Below are positions 8,942 through 17,544 of a stretch of DNA of 64,000 bases, one piece after another. Each line of letters starts with the position of its first letter. The stretch's first letter is position 1. This DNA comes from Dehalococcoidia bacterium (GTDB lineage: Bacteria; Chloroflexota; Dehalococcoidia; UBA2979): NCBI GenBank assembly GCA_050250415.1, contig JBFWOO010000003.1, positions 67,491 to 131,490 of the forward strand, read 5' to 3'. A model generated the notes under the pieces. It was not told where the DNA came from and ran no database searches. It worked only from the letters and a program-made list of their open reading frames with translations. The position numbers and the translations under genes were made by a program.

Positions 8942-9493
8942 ATGTCCGCGATCAACGAGATCCCCGTCACCACCATCGACGGCGCCCCGGCGAGCCTCGG
9001 CGACTACCAGGGCAAGGTGCGGCTGGTGGTGAACGTGGCGTCGAAGTGTGGTCACACGCCGCAGTACGAGGGGTTGCAGAAGGTCTACGAGCAGTACCGC
9101 GAGCGCGGCTTCGAGATCCTCGGGTTCCCGGCCAACAACTTCATGGGCCAGGAGCCGGGCACCGAGGAGGAGATCAAGGAGTTCTGCACGCTGAACTACG
9201 GCGTGACGTTCCCGATGTTCTCGAAGATCTCGGTGGACGGGGAGGACCGCCATCCGCTGTACGAGGCGCTGATCGCCGAGCGGCCGACGCACACGGAGCA
9301 CGAGGGCGGCTCGCCGATGATGAAGCGCTGGGCGGAGCGGGGCCGCGAGATCGCGGACCCGACGGCGGTGCGCTGGAACTTCGAGAAGTTCCTCGTCGAC
9401 CGCGAGGGGAACGTCGTCGACCGCTTCATCACTGACCTCGCCCCGGAGGACCCGATCGTCACGAAGGCGATCGAGGACGCGCTGGCGAAGTAG
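8942..9493 (+). CDS. Glutathione peroxidase (Cys-type, not Sec)
   Basis: VNVASKCGHTPQYEGLQ...LGFPANNFMGQEPG...WNFEKFLVDREGNVV are GPx signatures. The active-site residue is TGT (Cys), not TGA. Confidence 0.9.
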   Translation: MSAINEIPVTTIDGAPASLGDYQGKVRLVVNVASKCGHTPQYEGLQKVYEQYRERGFEILGFPANNFMGQEPGTEEEIKEFCTLNYGVTFPMFSKISVDGEDRHPLYEALIAERPTHTEHEGGSPMMKRWAERGREIADPTAVRWNFEKFLVDREGNVVDRFITDLAPEDPIVTKAIEDALAK

Positions 9494-9515
9494 GCATCCG
9501 GACCGGTGGAAACGA

Positions 9516-9541
9516 GGAAGCCCGCCGCGAGGCGGGCTTCC
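9516..9541. terminator. Bidirectional hairpin terminator between the convergent GPx and gltD-like genes
   Basis: GGAAGCCCGCC-gcga-GGCGGGCTTCC is a perfect 11-bp stem. It is followed by TGTCGCTTCG on the + side. Confidence 0.5.
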
Positions 9542-9564
9542 TGTCGCTTCGAGCCTGCGAGGAC

Positions 9565-11076
9565 CTACTCCGTCTTCGGGCCCATCTGCGTCAGGTACTG
9601 GTGGAGCCACGTGGAGGCGCGCTTGCCGTCCGCGATCGCGGTGACGACAAGGTCCGCGCCGTTGACGACGTCGCCGCCGGCGAAGATGTACGGGACGTTG
9701 GTCTGCCCCGTGCGCTCGTCGACGGAGATGAGGCCCCAGCGGTTGGCCTGGACCGGCGCGGTCTCCGCGAACTCCGGGTCGGCGCCGTAGCCCACGGCGA
9801 CGACGACGGCGGTGGCCGGGACGGTGTATTCCGAGCCCTTGACGGGGACGGGGCGGCGGCGGCCGCTCTCGTCCGGCTCGGTGAGCTCCATCTGCACCAT
9901 CTCGACGCCGGTGACGTTGCCGTCCGAGTCGCCGACGAAGCGCAGCGGCGTGGTGAGGTAGGCGAAGTTCACGCCTTCCTCGCGCGCGTGGTTGCGCTCC
10001 TCGGCGCGGCCGAGCATCTCCTTCTCGGTGCGGCGGTAGACGCAGGTGACGTTCTCGGCGCCGAGGCGGATGGCGGTGCGGACGCAGTCCATCGAGGTGT
10101 CCCCGCCGCCGACGACCACCACGTCCGTGCCGACGTACGGCTTGTCGCGCTGGCCCTCCGGGAGCTCCTCGGGGCGGAGGTTGCCGCGGACGAGGAAGTC
10201 AGTGGCCTGGTAGACGTTGGTGAGGTCTTCGCCCTCGAGGCGGAGCTGGTTGCCGACGCCGGCGCCGGTGCCGATGAAGATGGCGTCGAAGCCGTCTTGG
10301 TCGTGGAGGTCGGTGAGCGAGACGTCCTTGCCGACGCGGGTGTTGTTGACGAAGCGGACACCCATGTCGCGGAGCGCCTGGAGCTTCCCCTCGAGGATCT
10401 CCTTGCTCATCTTGAAGTTCGGGATGCCGTAGCGGAGGACGCCGCCCGGCTCCGGCCACATGTCGTAGACGGTGCAGGAGTGGCCGCGCGCCTGGAGCTC
10501 CTCGGCGACGGTGATGCCGGCGGGGCCGGAACCGACGATCGCGACGGTGCGGCCGGTGGACGGTGCGGCGAAGCGCACGGGGAAGCGGCCGATCTCCTGG
10601 CGTTCCGAGTCCGTGATGAAGGACTCGAGGCGGCCGATGGCGACCGGCGGGTGGTTCGAGCCGTCCGGGCGGATGGCGAAGCCGACCACGCAGGCGCCCT
10701 CGCAGAGCGACTCCTGCGGGCAGAGGCGGCCGCACATCTCCGGGAGCGTGCTGGTCTGGCGGAAGACGCCGGCCGCGCCCAGGACGTCGCCGTCCTCGAG
10801 CAGCTTCAGCGCCGTGGGAATGTCGTTGTGCACCGGGCACGCCTGGGTGCAGGGCGCGGACGGGCAGTCGATGCAGCGCGCGGCCTCGATGAGCGCGGCG
10901 TCCATGTCCATCCGGAGATAGGTCTCGTCGAAGTTCTTGACCCGATCGCCCGGCTTCTGCTTCGGCACGGGCTGGCGCGGGATGTTGAGGCGGTCGCGGA
11001 TGACCTGCGTCTGCGCGTTGGTCTGGTCGTTCGTGGTCATACAGTCGGCCGCCGCGGAATTCGCACCGTTGAGCAC
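9565..11076 (-). CDS. GltD-family NADPH-dependent oxidoreductase (glutamate synthase small-subunit-like, Fe-S plus FAD/NAD binding)
   Basis: Cys-rich N-terminus (CIDCPSAPCTQACPVHNDIP, CGRLCPQESLCEGAC), then two Rossmann motifs (VAIVGSGPAG; VVVVGGGDTSMD) as in GltD/PreT. GTG start at 11076; an alternative ATG lies at 11040. Confidence 0.85.
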   Translation of the reverse strand: MLNGANSAAADCMTTNDQTNAQTQVIRDRLNIPRQPVPKQKPGDRVKNFDETYLRMDMDAALIEAARCIDCPSAPCTQACPVHNDIPTALKLLEDGDVLGAAGVFRQTSTLPEMCGRLCPQESLCEGACVVGFAIRPDGSNHPPVAIGRLESFITDSERQEIGRFPVRFAAPSTGRTVAIVGSGPAGITVAEELQARGHSCTVYDMWPEPGGVLRYGIPNFKMSKEILEGKLQALRDMGVRFVNNTRVGKDVSLTDLHDQDGFDAIFIGTGAGVGNQLRLEGEDLTNVYQATDFLVRGNLRPEELPEGQRDKPYVGTDVVVVGGGDTSMDCVRTAIRLGAENVTCVYRRTEKEMLGRAEERNHAREEGVNFAYLTTPLRFVGDSDGNVTGVEMVQMELTEPDESGRRRPVPVKGSEYTVPATAVVVAVGYGADPEFAETAPVQANRWGLISVDERTGQTNVPYIFAGGDVVNGADLVVTAIADGKRASTWLHQYLTQMGPKTE

Positions 11077-11222
11077 TCAGGCGCGGCGGCCCCCTCCCAA
11101 TGGCCGAAGGTTATCAGAACGGGTGCGGCGCTATCGGGTGGCGTGATGAGCGGGCGATGAGGGCCCGTGGAGTAGTGGCGCGTCGCTGGCCGCGGCGGAG
11201 GGCCGATTCACCGGCGAGGTGG

Positions 11223-11705
11223 CTAGCCGCCGAGGTGGTGCTGGAAGAGCGCGACGCTCTGGCGGGCGCGCTCCAGCCGCTCGCGGGCGAGCTGGGCGAC
11301 GGAGGCCGCCTCCGATTCCGCGATGCGCACGGAGGCGCCCAGGGCGTCCCCCGCTTCCTCGAGCGCCTGCGCGGTCGCCTCGCCAGCGGCGGCGAGGTGC
11401 TCGCGCAGCCGTCCGAGGCGCATCTCCTGGGCGGCGTGCATCGCCTGGCCTCGGCGGCGGCGGAGGCCGGCGAGCTGGTGATCGGACCAGCCGGCGCGGG
11501 CGGACTGGACGAGGTGGCGCAGCTCGTCGTCGAGCCCCGCGATGTGCGACAGCTCGTGCTTCAGCGTCCAGCCGGCGCGGTCGGTGTTGCGGTAGGCGCG
11601 GGTCTCCGGCAGCTTCGCGGCGAGTTCGAGCAGCGCCTCGCGCGCCTCGCGCCACTCGCGGGCCAGGGTCGAGCCGTCGTGCTGGTCGCTCATCGGGTGC
11701 TCCAT
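11223..11705 (-). CDS. Hypothetical protein (possibly a DinB-like helical bundle)
   Basis: 160-aa ORF with GC3 bias, divergent from the ECF sigma gene. No confident family call. Confidence 0.45.
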   Translation of the reverse strand: MEHPMSDQHDGSTLAREWREAREALLELAAKLPETRAYRNTDRAGWTLKHELSHIAGLDDELRHLVQSARAGWSDHQLAGLRRRRGQAMHAAQEMRLGRLREHLAAAGEATAQALEEAGDALGASVRIAESEAASVAQLARERLERARQSVALFQHHLGG

Positions 11706-11902
11706 CAGCGCCCGTCCCGCGGGCGTGTCCGCGCGGCATGATAGCCCTCCGGCCGTCCCGGGGGCGGCTTGCGCCGCTGCCGCCCGCGCTGGTTACGCTG
11801 GATGGCACGACATTCCTCCACGGCCGGCGCCGCTGCGTGACGCGCGCTTCGACGCGCTCCCGGTGACGCGGGCCGGGTGATCCACGAGGCGCTCCGCGAC
11901 GA

Positions 11903-12484
11903 ATGACTGACAGCGTGACCGGCAACCTGCTGGATCGGTTCCGCGCCCGGGACGAGGGCGCGCTGGCGACCCTGTACGACCAGCTGGGCGGACGGGCGTA
12001 CGGCCTCGCCCTGCGCGTCCTCCGTGATGGCGCGGCGGCGGAGGATGTGGTGCAGCAGGCGTTCGCGACGCTCTGGGAGCAGGCCGACCGGCTCGACGCC
12101 GCCCGCGGCAGCGTGGAGGGGCTCCTGCTCACGATCGTGCATCGGCGCGCGGTGGATGCTGCCCGCGCCCGCCAGCGCCGCCTCGGCCGCGACGCCGCGC
12201 TTGACGTCGATCCTGCCGACACGGAGCCGGGGCCGGCGGAGCGCATGGCCGCCGACGACGAGGCCGCCGAGCGCGCCCGCGAGGTGCGGGCGGCGCTGGC
12301 GGTGCTGCCGGCGCCGCAGCGCGAGGTGGTGCTGCTCGCGTACTTCGGCGGGCTGTCCCAGCAGGAGATCGCGACGCGGCTGGACGTGCCGCTGGGGACG
12401 GTGAAGAGCCGGTTGAGGCTGGCGATGCAGCGGCTGCGCTACGAGTTCATCGCGACGGGGACGGGGACGCTCGATGGCGACTGA
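11903..12484 (+). CDS. RNA polymerase ECF-type sigma-70 factor
   Basis: The sigma-2 region (LYDQLGGRAYGLALRVLRDGAAAEDVVQQAF) and sigma-4 region (EVVLLAYFGGLSQQEIATRLDVPLGTVKSRL) are recognisable. Confidence 0.85.
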   Translation: MTDSVTGNLLDRFRARDEGALATLYDQLGGRAYGLALRVLRDGAAAEDVVQQAFATLWEQADRLDAARGSVEGLLLTIVHRRAVDAARARQRRLGRDAALDVDPADTEPGPAERMAADDEAAERAREVRAALAVLPAPQREVVLLAYFGGLSQQEIATRLDVPLGTVKSRLRLAMQRLRYEFIATGTGTLDGD

Positions 12485-13235
12485 GCACCTCGACTGTGCC
12501 GCCATCGACGAGATGCTCCCCGCGTACGCGGTGGACGCGCTGGACGACGCCGACCGCGCGGTCGTGGAGAGGCACTTCGCGGGGTGCGAGCGGCACGAGG
12601 ACGTGGGGGCCTGGAACGAGGTGGCGCTGCGCCTGGCGGACCTCGCGCCGGCGGTGACGCCGCCGGAGGGGCTCCGCGGCCGCGTCGTCGCGATCCCGAG
12701 CGGGCCGCCCGTGCCGGCGGAGGACGCAGCGCCCGTGGAGATCGTCGCGCCGGTGGAGCTGGGGCCCGTGCCGCTGGAGGCGATCCCGGGGCTGCCGCCC
12801 ACGCGGGTGGGATCGTCGAGGCTCCCATACGCGCTCGCGGCGGCGTTCGCGGCGATCGCCGTGTTCTTCGCCGCCTGGACGGCGGTGCTGCTGACCGGCG
12901 CCGAGGAGGAGAGCGCCCCCCGGCTCGCCGCGACGACCTCGGCGGACGGGATCGACGCGAGCGCCACGTTCATCGAGGAGGAGGGCGTCGCGCTCGTGCG
13001 CTTCGATGGTCTGACGCCGCTCCCGGCGGGGAGCGACTACCAGCTCTGGGCGATCGGTCCCGGCGCGGATCCGGCGCCGGCGGGCATCCTCGCGGTCGTG
13101 GGGAGCCACGCGCTCGCTTCGGTGGAGGGTGAGTTCGCGGCGGGGTGGACGTTCGCCGTCACGATCGAGCCGGCGGGCGGGAGCGCCGTGCCGAGCTCGG
13201 ACCCGATCGTGGCCGTGCAGTTCCCGGGGTCCTGA
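12474..13235 (+). CDS. Anti-sigma factor (zinc-finger N-domain plus RskA-like C-terminal domain)
   Basis: Its ATG overlaps the sigma gene stop (ATGGCGACTGA). N-terminus has the H(x3)C(x2)C motif (ERHFAGCERHED). A single TM helix precedes the C-terminal RskA-like DYQLWAIGPGADP...WTFAVTIEPAGGS. Confidence 0.75.
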   Translation: MATEHLDCAAIDEMLPAYAVDALDDADRAVVERHFAGCERHEDVGAWNEVALRLADLAPAVTPPEGLRGRVVAIPSGPPVPAEDAAPVEIVAPVELGPVPLEAIPGLPPTRVGSSRLPYALAAAFAAIAVFFAAWTAVLLTGAEEESAPRLAATTSADGIDASATFIEEEGVALVRFDGLTPLPAGSDYQLWAIGPGADPAPAGILAVVGSHALASVEGEFAAGWTFAVTIEPAGGSAVPSSDPIVAVQFPGS

Positions 13236-13400
13236 GCTGCTGCCGATCGGCGCCTGACCCGGAGGGGGAGGGACGCCCTTCCACATCCCCGCCCCGTACC
13301 AGGGGGCTTCCGAACTCGCTGGCGTGAGCCGGGAGGCGGCAGCGCGGTCCGAGTCCGACCGTGCTAGGTTCCGCCCACGACCGGGATCACGGGCGCTCCG

Positions 13401-14762
13401 ATGACGTCTTCGGGGTGTGCTCCCGGTGCAGGGAGCGTGACCCCAGTGGCAACCGACTCCGCACCCAACCGACCCTTCTACGGCTGGTACGTGGTCGGCG
13501 CGCTCTTCTTCGCGACGTTCCTCGTGGTGGGCACGCGCCAGGGGTTCGGCGTGTTCGTGGAGACGTGGGAGCAGGAGTGGGGCGTCTCGGTGGGGGCGAT
13601 CTCCATCGCGGCGTCCGTGGGGTGGCTGCTCAACGGTCTCGTCCAGCCCTTCTTCGGGCGAGCCATGGACCGCATCGGCGGGCGGCCGGTGGTGGTCGGG
13701 AGCATGGCGGTGATGGGCCTCGCGTTCATCGCGATGGCGTTCGTCACCAACGTGTGGGCGTTGACCGTCCTGTACGGCTTCGTGATCTCATCGGCCGCGG
13801 GTGGGATCTCGCCGAGCATGACCGGTGTGTTCGTGGTGCGCTGGTTCCAGCGCAAGCGAGGCACGGCGATGAGCCTGCTCGTGTCCGGTGGCTCGGTGGG
13901 CGGGCTCGTCCTCGTGCCGTTCCTCACGTACCTCTTCGTCGCGACGAACTGGCAGACGGCGTGGATTGCCGCTGGCGTGATCTCGCTCGCGCTCGGCCTT
14001 CCGCTGCTGTGGTTGGTCGTGCGCAGCGATCCCGGCGACATGGGGCTGCATCCCGACGGCGACTCCAACGAGGTCGTGGCCGAACGCCTCGCGAGCGGCG
14101 CCCACGTGCTGCCGGTCGGGCCTCTGACCGCCGACCGCTGGCAGACGTCGTTCCGCTCGGCGCCGATCTGGCAGCTGTCACTGGCCTACTGGGTCTGCGG
14201 CGTCACGACCGCCAGCATCTCCGTCCACTTCGTGCGGTGGGCGGGCGCCGAGGGCATCTCGCCGGGCACCGCGGCGCTCGCGTTCGGACTGCTCAGCGGC
14301 ATCAACGCGGCGAGCGTGATCTTCATCGGCTCGATCTCGGACCGGATGCAGCGGAAGACGCTACTCACGCTCGTGTACCTCGTGCGCGCTGTGGCGTTCG
14401 CCGCGCTGATCGTCCTGCCCGGCGACGCCGCGCTCTGGACGTTCGCCGTCGTGGGCGGGGGGTCGTGGCTGGCGACCGTTCCGCTGACCAACTCGCTGAC
14501 CGCCGATGTGTACGGCATCCGCCACGTGGGCGTCCTCGGTGGGTTGATCCTGATGGCCCATCAGCTCGGCGGCGCCCTGGCCGTGTTCCTGTTCGGCGTG
14601 GCGTTCGACCGCTGGGGCAGCTACGACGGCGCGTTCGCAGCGGGTGCGATCGCGCTGGTGGTGGCGGCCGTGCTGGCGTTCACGATCCAGGAGAAGGCGG
14701 TCTCGGCGCGCTACGCTGTGACGCGGGTCGAGCGCCCGATCGAGGTCGCGGCGGGAGGCTGA
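13401..14762 (+). CDS. MFS transporter
   Basis: 453 aa with 12 predicted TM helices. MFS motif ...GRAMDRIGGRPVVV... between TM2 and TM3. Confidence 0.85.
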   Translation: MTSSGCAPGAGSVTPVATDSAPNRPFYGWYVVGALFFATFLVVGTRQGFGVFVETWEQEWGVSVGAISIAASVGWLLNGLVQPFFGRAMDRIGGRPVVVGSMAVMGLAFIAMAFVTNVWALTVLYGFVISSAAGGISPSMTGVFVVRWFQRKRGTAMSLLVSGGSVGGLVLVPFLTYLFVATNWQTAWIAAGVISLALGLPLLWLVVRSDPGDMGLHPDGDSNEVVAERLASGAHVLPVGPLTADRWQTSFRSAPIWQLSLAYWVCGVTTASISVHFVRWAGAEGISPGTAALAFGLLSGINAASVIFIGSISDRMQRKTLLTLVYLVRAVAFAALIVLPGDAALWTFAVVGGGSWLATVPLTNSLTADVYGIRHVGVLGGLILMAHQLGGALAVFLFGVAFDRWGSYDGAFAAGAIALVVAAVLAFTIQEKAVSARYAVTRVERPIEVAAGG

Positions 14763-14765
14763 GGC

Positions 14766-15041
14766 ATGCTGCCGTTGCTGCGTAGCCCACTCCACCACTC
14801 CGAGGCGATCGATCCGACGCTCGCGGGCTGGATCCGCGACGAGATCGACCGGCTGCTGGGCCTCGAGCCGGCCGCCATCGCCACCCTGCTCGGGCTCCTC
14901 ATCCTCGCGTTCCCCGTCTGGCTGGGGGTCAGCGCCTCACGCCACCGGCATGAGGCGGAGCCCGACGCGTCGGTGGACGGCGCGCACGACCGCGCGCTGA
15001 TGGAGCGGCAGCCCCCGCCGCGGGTCGGTGCTCGGGACTGA
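14766..15041 (+). CDS. Small hypothetical membrane protein
   Basis: 91 aa with GC3 bias and one hydrophobic helix. Starts 4 nt after the MFS stop. Confidence 0.35.
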   Translation: MLPLLRSPLHHSEAIDPTLAGWIRDEIDRLLGLEPAAIATLLGLLILAFPVWLGVSASRHRHEAEPDASVDGAHDRALMERQPPPRVGARD

Positions 15042-15226
15042 ACACCGGACGCCGGTCACCCTCCTGAGCGCCGGACCTGGCCGCGCCTTGCCGCTGGGGC
15101 CGCTCTGACCTCGTCGGGGCGTCCGCTGGTTCTGCTATCGTGCGCCGGCCCGCTTCCACCTTCGATCGACCGATCTCCCTGGAACGCTCGCCGCCGGCGG
15201 CGATCGCCCGGGGAATTCAGCATCCG

Positions 15227-16237
15227 ATGCCGCCCTCGTTGAGCGCGGGCAGGGAGGACACCGTGCAGGAGCGACCGGGGACGGACGCGGCGCGCGCGAT
15301 CCATGACGTGGCGGCGCGCATCCGGGAGAACGTGGCGCGCGTGATCGTGGGGGCCGAGGAGCCGGTCGACCTCGTGCTCGTCGCGCTGCTCGCGGGCGGA
15401 CACGTGCTGCTCGAGGACGTGCCCGGCACCGGCAAGACGACGATGGCGCGGGCGTTCGCGAAGTCGATCGGCGGCGAGTTCCGGCGCATCCAGTTCACGC
15501 CGGACCTGATGCCCACGGACGTGCTCGGCCTCAACTACTACTCGCAGCGCAGCGGGGAGTTCGAGTTCCGGCCCGGTCCGATCCACGCGAACGTGGTGCT
15601 GGCCGACGAGATCAACCGCGCGACGCCCCGCACGCAGTCGGCGCTCCTCGAGGCGATGGAGGAGCGCACCGCCTCCGTGGACGGCGAGACGCGCGCGCTG
15701 CCTCGGCCGTTCGTGGTGCTCGCGACGCAGAACCCGGTGGAGCTGGAGGGCACCTTCCCGCTCCCGGAGGCGCAGCTGGACCGCTTCCTGCTGCGGCTGA
15801 AGGTGGGCTATCCGACGGCGGAGCGCGAGGTGGAGATCGTGCGGCGGTTCGAGCGCGCCTCGCCGCTGGACGAGCTCACGCCGGTGGTGAGCGCGCAGGA
15901 GCTGGTGGACCTGGCGGCGCGGGTGGGCGAGGTCCACGTGGAGGACGCCGTGGTGGAGTACGCCGTCGCGGTGGTGCAGGCGACGCGACAGCACGGGGCG
16001 TTCGAGCTGGGGGCGTCGCCACGCGCGACGCTGGCGCTCTTCCGCGCCGCGCGTGTGCACGCGGCGATCGAGGGCCGTGACTACGTCCGTCCGGACGACG
16101 TGAAGGCGCTCGTCCACCCGGTGCTCGCGCACCGGCTCCAGCTCAACAGCGCCTCCCGGCTGCGCGGGCGCGACGCCGACGAGGTGCTGGACGAGATCCT
16201 CGCGTCCGTCGAGGTGCCGATCGCCGACCCCGCGTAG
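15227..16237 (+). CDS. MoxR-family AAA+ ATPase
   Basis: Walker A (LLEDVPGTGKTTMARAF), Walker B (VVLADEINRATPRTQSALLEAMEE) and a MoxR-type C-terminus. Start taken at the internal ATG at 15227; the ORF opens at 15140. Confidence 0.9.
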   Translation: MPPSLSAGREDTVQERPGTDAARAIHDVAARIRENVARVIVGAEEPVDLVLVALLAGGHVLLEDVPGTGKTTMARAFAKSIGGEFRRIQFTPDLMPTDVLGLNYYSQRSGEFEFRPGPIHANVVLADEINRATPRTQSALLEAMEERTASVDGETRALPRPFVVLATQNPVELEGTFPLPEAQLDRFLLRLKVGYPTAEREVEIVRRFERASPLDELTPVVSAQELVDLAARVGEVHVEDAVVEYAVAVVQATRQHGAFELGASPRATLALFRAARVHAAIEGRDYVRPDDVKALVHPVLAHRLQLNSASRLRGRDADEVLDEILASVEVPIADPA

Positions 16238-16282
16238 GAGGCGCTCCGCCGGGCGGGCGCCCCGCGGGAAGCCGGAGGTTGC

Positions 16283-17542
16283 GTGCGCGCCATCATCAGC
16301 GAAGCGTGGATCGTGGCGGCGGTCGTCCTCGGATGGCTGGGCTTCGCCACGGGGTCGACGGCGCTCATCCTCATCGCGGCGATGGTGTTCGGCGCCGGCG
16401 GGTTGGCGCGCCTGTGGGCGCGGCTCTCCCTCGACCGGGTCAGCTACTCGCGACGCCTCTCCGATCGCCGGGTGTTCGTGGGCGAGGCGGTCGACCTTGA
16501 GATCGCGGTGGACAACGACAAGGTCGTCCCGGTGCCGTGGATCGAGGTGCGCGAGACGCTGCCGCGCGGGATGCCGGCGGACGTGAAGACCTCGATCGGT
16601 GGGGCGGCCGGGACGCAGTACCTGACCCGCTCGACCTCGATGGCCGGGAACGACCACCTGACCTGGCCGGTGCAGCTGAAGGCGGTGCGGCGCGGCTACT
16701 TCCGTGTTGGCCCCACGCGGCTGCGCTCGGGGGACCTCTTCGGGTTCTTCGACCGGGAGGAGCACACGGGACGGCCGACGGACGGGATCATCGTCTACCC
16801 GCACACCTACGACCTGGCGCAACTGGGGTTCGACTCCACGCGTCCGTTCGGGGACCTGCGCGGCGGCAACCGGATCTTCGAGGATCCGACGCGCGTGGTC
16901 GGTGTCCGCGACTACGCGCCCGGGGACACCCTCCGCCGCATCGACTGGTACGCGACGGCGCGGGTGGGTCGGCTGCAGTCCCGCATCTATGAGCCCAGCC
17001 GCTCGCAGGCGCTGATCATCGCGCTGAACATCCCGACGGAGCCCGAGATCTGGCGCGGGCCGGAGCCGGTGCTGCTGGAACGCGGCGTCTCGATCGCGGC
17101 GTCGGTCGCGCGGTGGGCCGCGGAGCATCACTTCGCGGTCGGGCTCGTCGCGACCGGGTCGTTCCCGGACGCGCCGCGCACGATCCGGATCGGGGCGGGC
17201 AACCGCCCGGACCAGCTCAACGTGATCCTCGAAGCGCTGGCCGTGGTCTCCGCCTTCACGACGATCGACATGGCGACGGCGCTGGAGGATCCCCGCCATC
17301 CGCTGCCTTCGGGCGCGACGGTGGTGCTGATCACGGCGCTGCTCACGGAGAGCACGGAGGCGGCGCTGCGCCGCATCCGCGCGGCGGGCCACGCCGTGCA
17401 CATCCTCAAGACCGACCGGCGCGACTGGGGCCGCGACCTGGGCGGCATCCCGGTGCGGGAGATGGCGGACGTCATGGAGCCGCTGGAGGCGGCGGCGATC
17501 GCAGCCGGCCTGACGGCGGACCCGATGGAGCCGATCCTGTGA
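16283..17542 (+). CDS. DUF58 domain protein (MoxR partner, vWA-like)
   Basis: N-terminal TM helices followed by the DUF58 signature (…RDYAPGDTLRRIDWYATARVGRLQSRIYEPSRSQALIIALN…). GTG start with GGAGG 5 nt upstream. Confidence 0.85.
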   Translation: MRAIISEAWIVAAVVLGWLGFATGSTALILIAAMVFGAGGLARLWARLSLDRVSYSRRLSDRRVFVGEAVDLEIAVDNDKVVPVPWIEVRETLPRGMPADVKTSIGGAAGTQYLTRSTSMAGNDHLTWPVQLKAVRRGYFRVGPTRLRSGDLFGFFDREEHTGRPTDGIIVYPHTYDLAQLGFDSTRPFGDLRGGNRIFEDPTRVVGVRDYAPGDTLRRIDWYATARVGRLQSRIYEPSRSQALIIALNIPTEPEIWRGPEPVLLERGVSIAASVARWAAEHHFAVGLVATGSFPDAPRTIRIGAGNRPDQLNVILEALAVVSAFTTIDMATALEDPRHPLPSGATVVLITALLTESTEAALRRIRAAGHAVHILKTDRRDWGRDLGGIPVREMADVMEPLEAAAIAAGLTADPMEPIL

Positions 17543-17544
17543 CG

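Noticed and set aside
9046-9060. Selenocysteine in glutathione peroxidase
   Set aside because: The active-site codon is TGT (Cys) with no in-frame TGA, so this is a Cys-type GPx.
11219-13286. Multiple 160-420-aa ORFs overlapping the sigma/anti-sigma genes on both strands
   Set aside because: They compete with the ECF sigma and RskA-like genes, which have domain-level similarity and start/stop coupling. They are discarded as GC-driven artefacts.
17113-17544. Upstream extension of the DUF4129 ORF (702-aa version)
   Set aside because: It overlaps DUF58 in another frame and its translation is Gly/Arg/Pro-rich. The real start is placed at ATG 17545 (or GTG 17539), immediately after the DUF58 stop.
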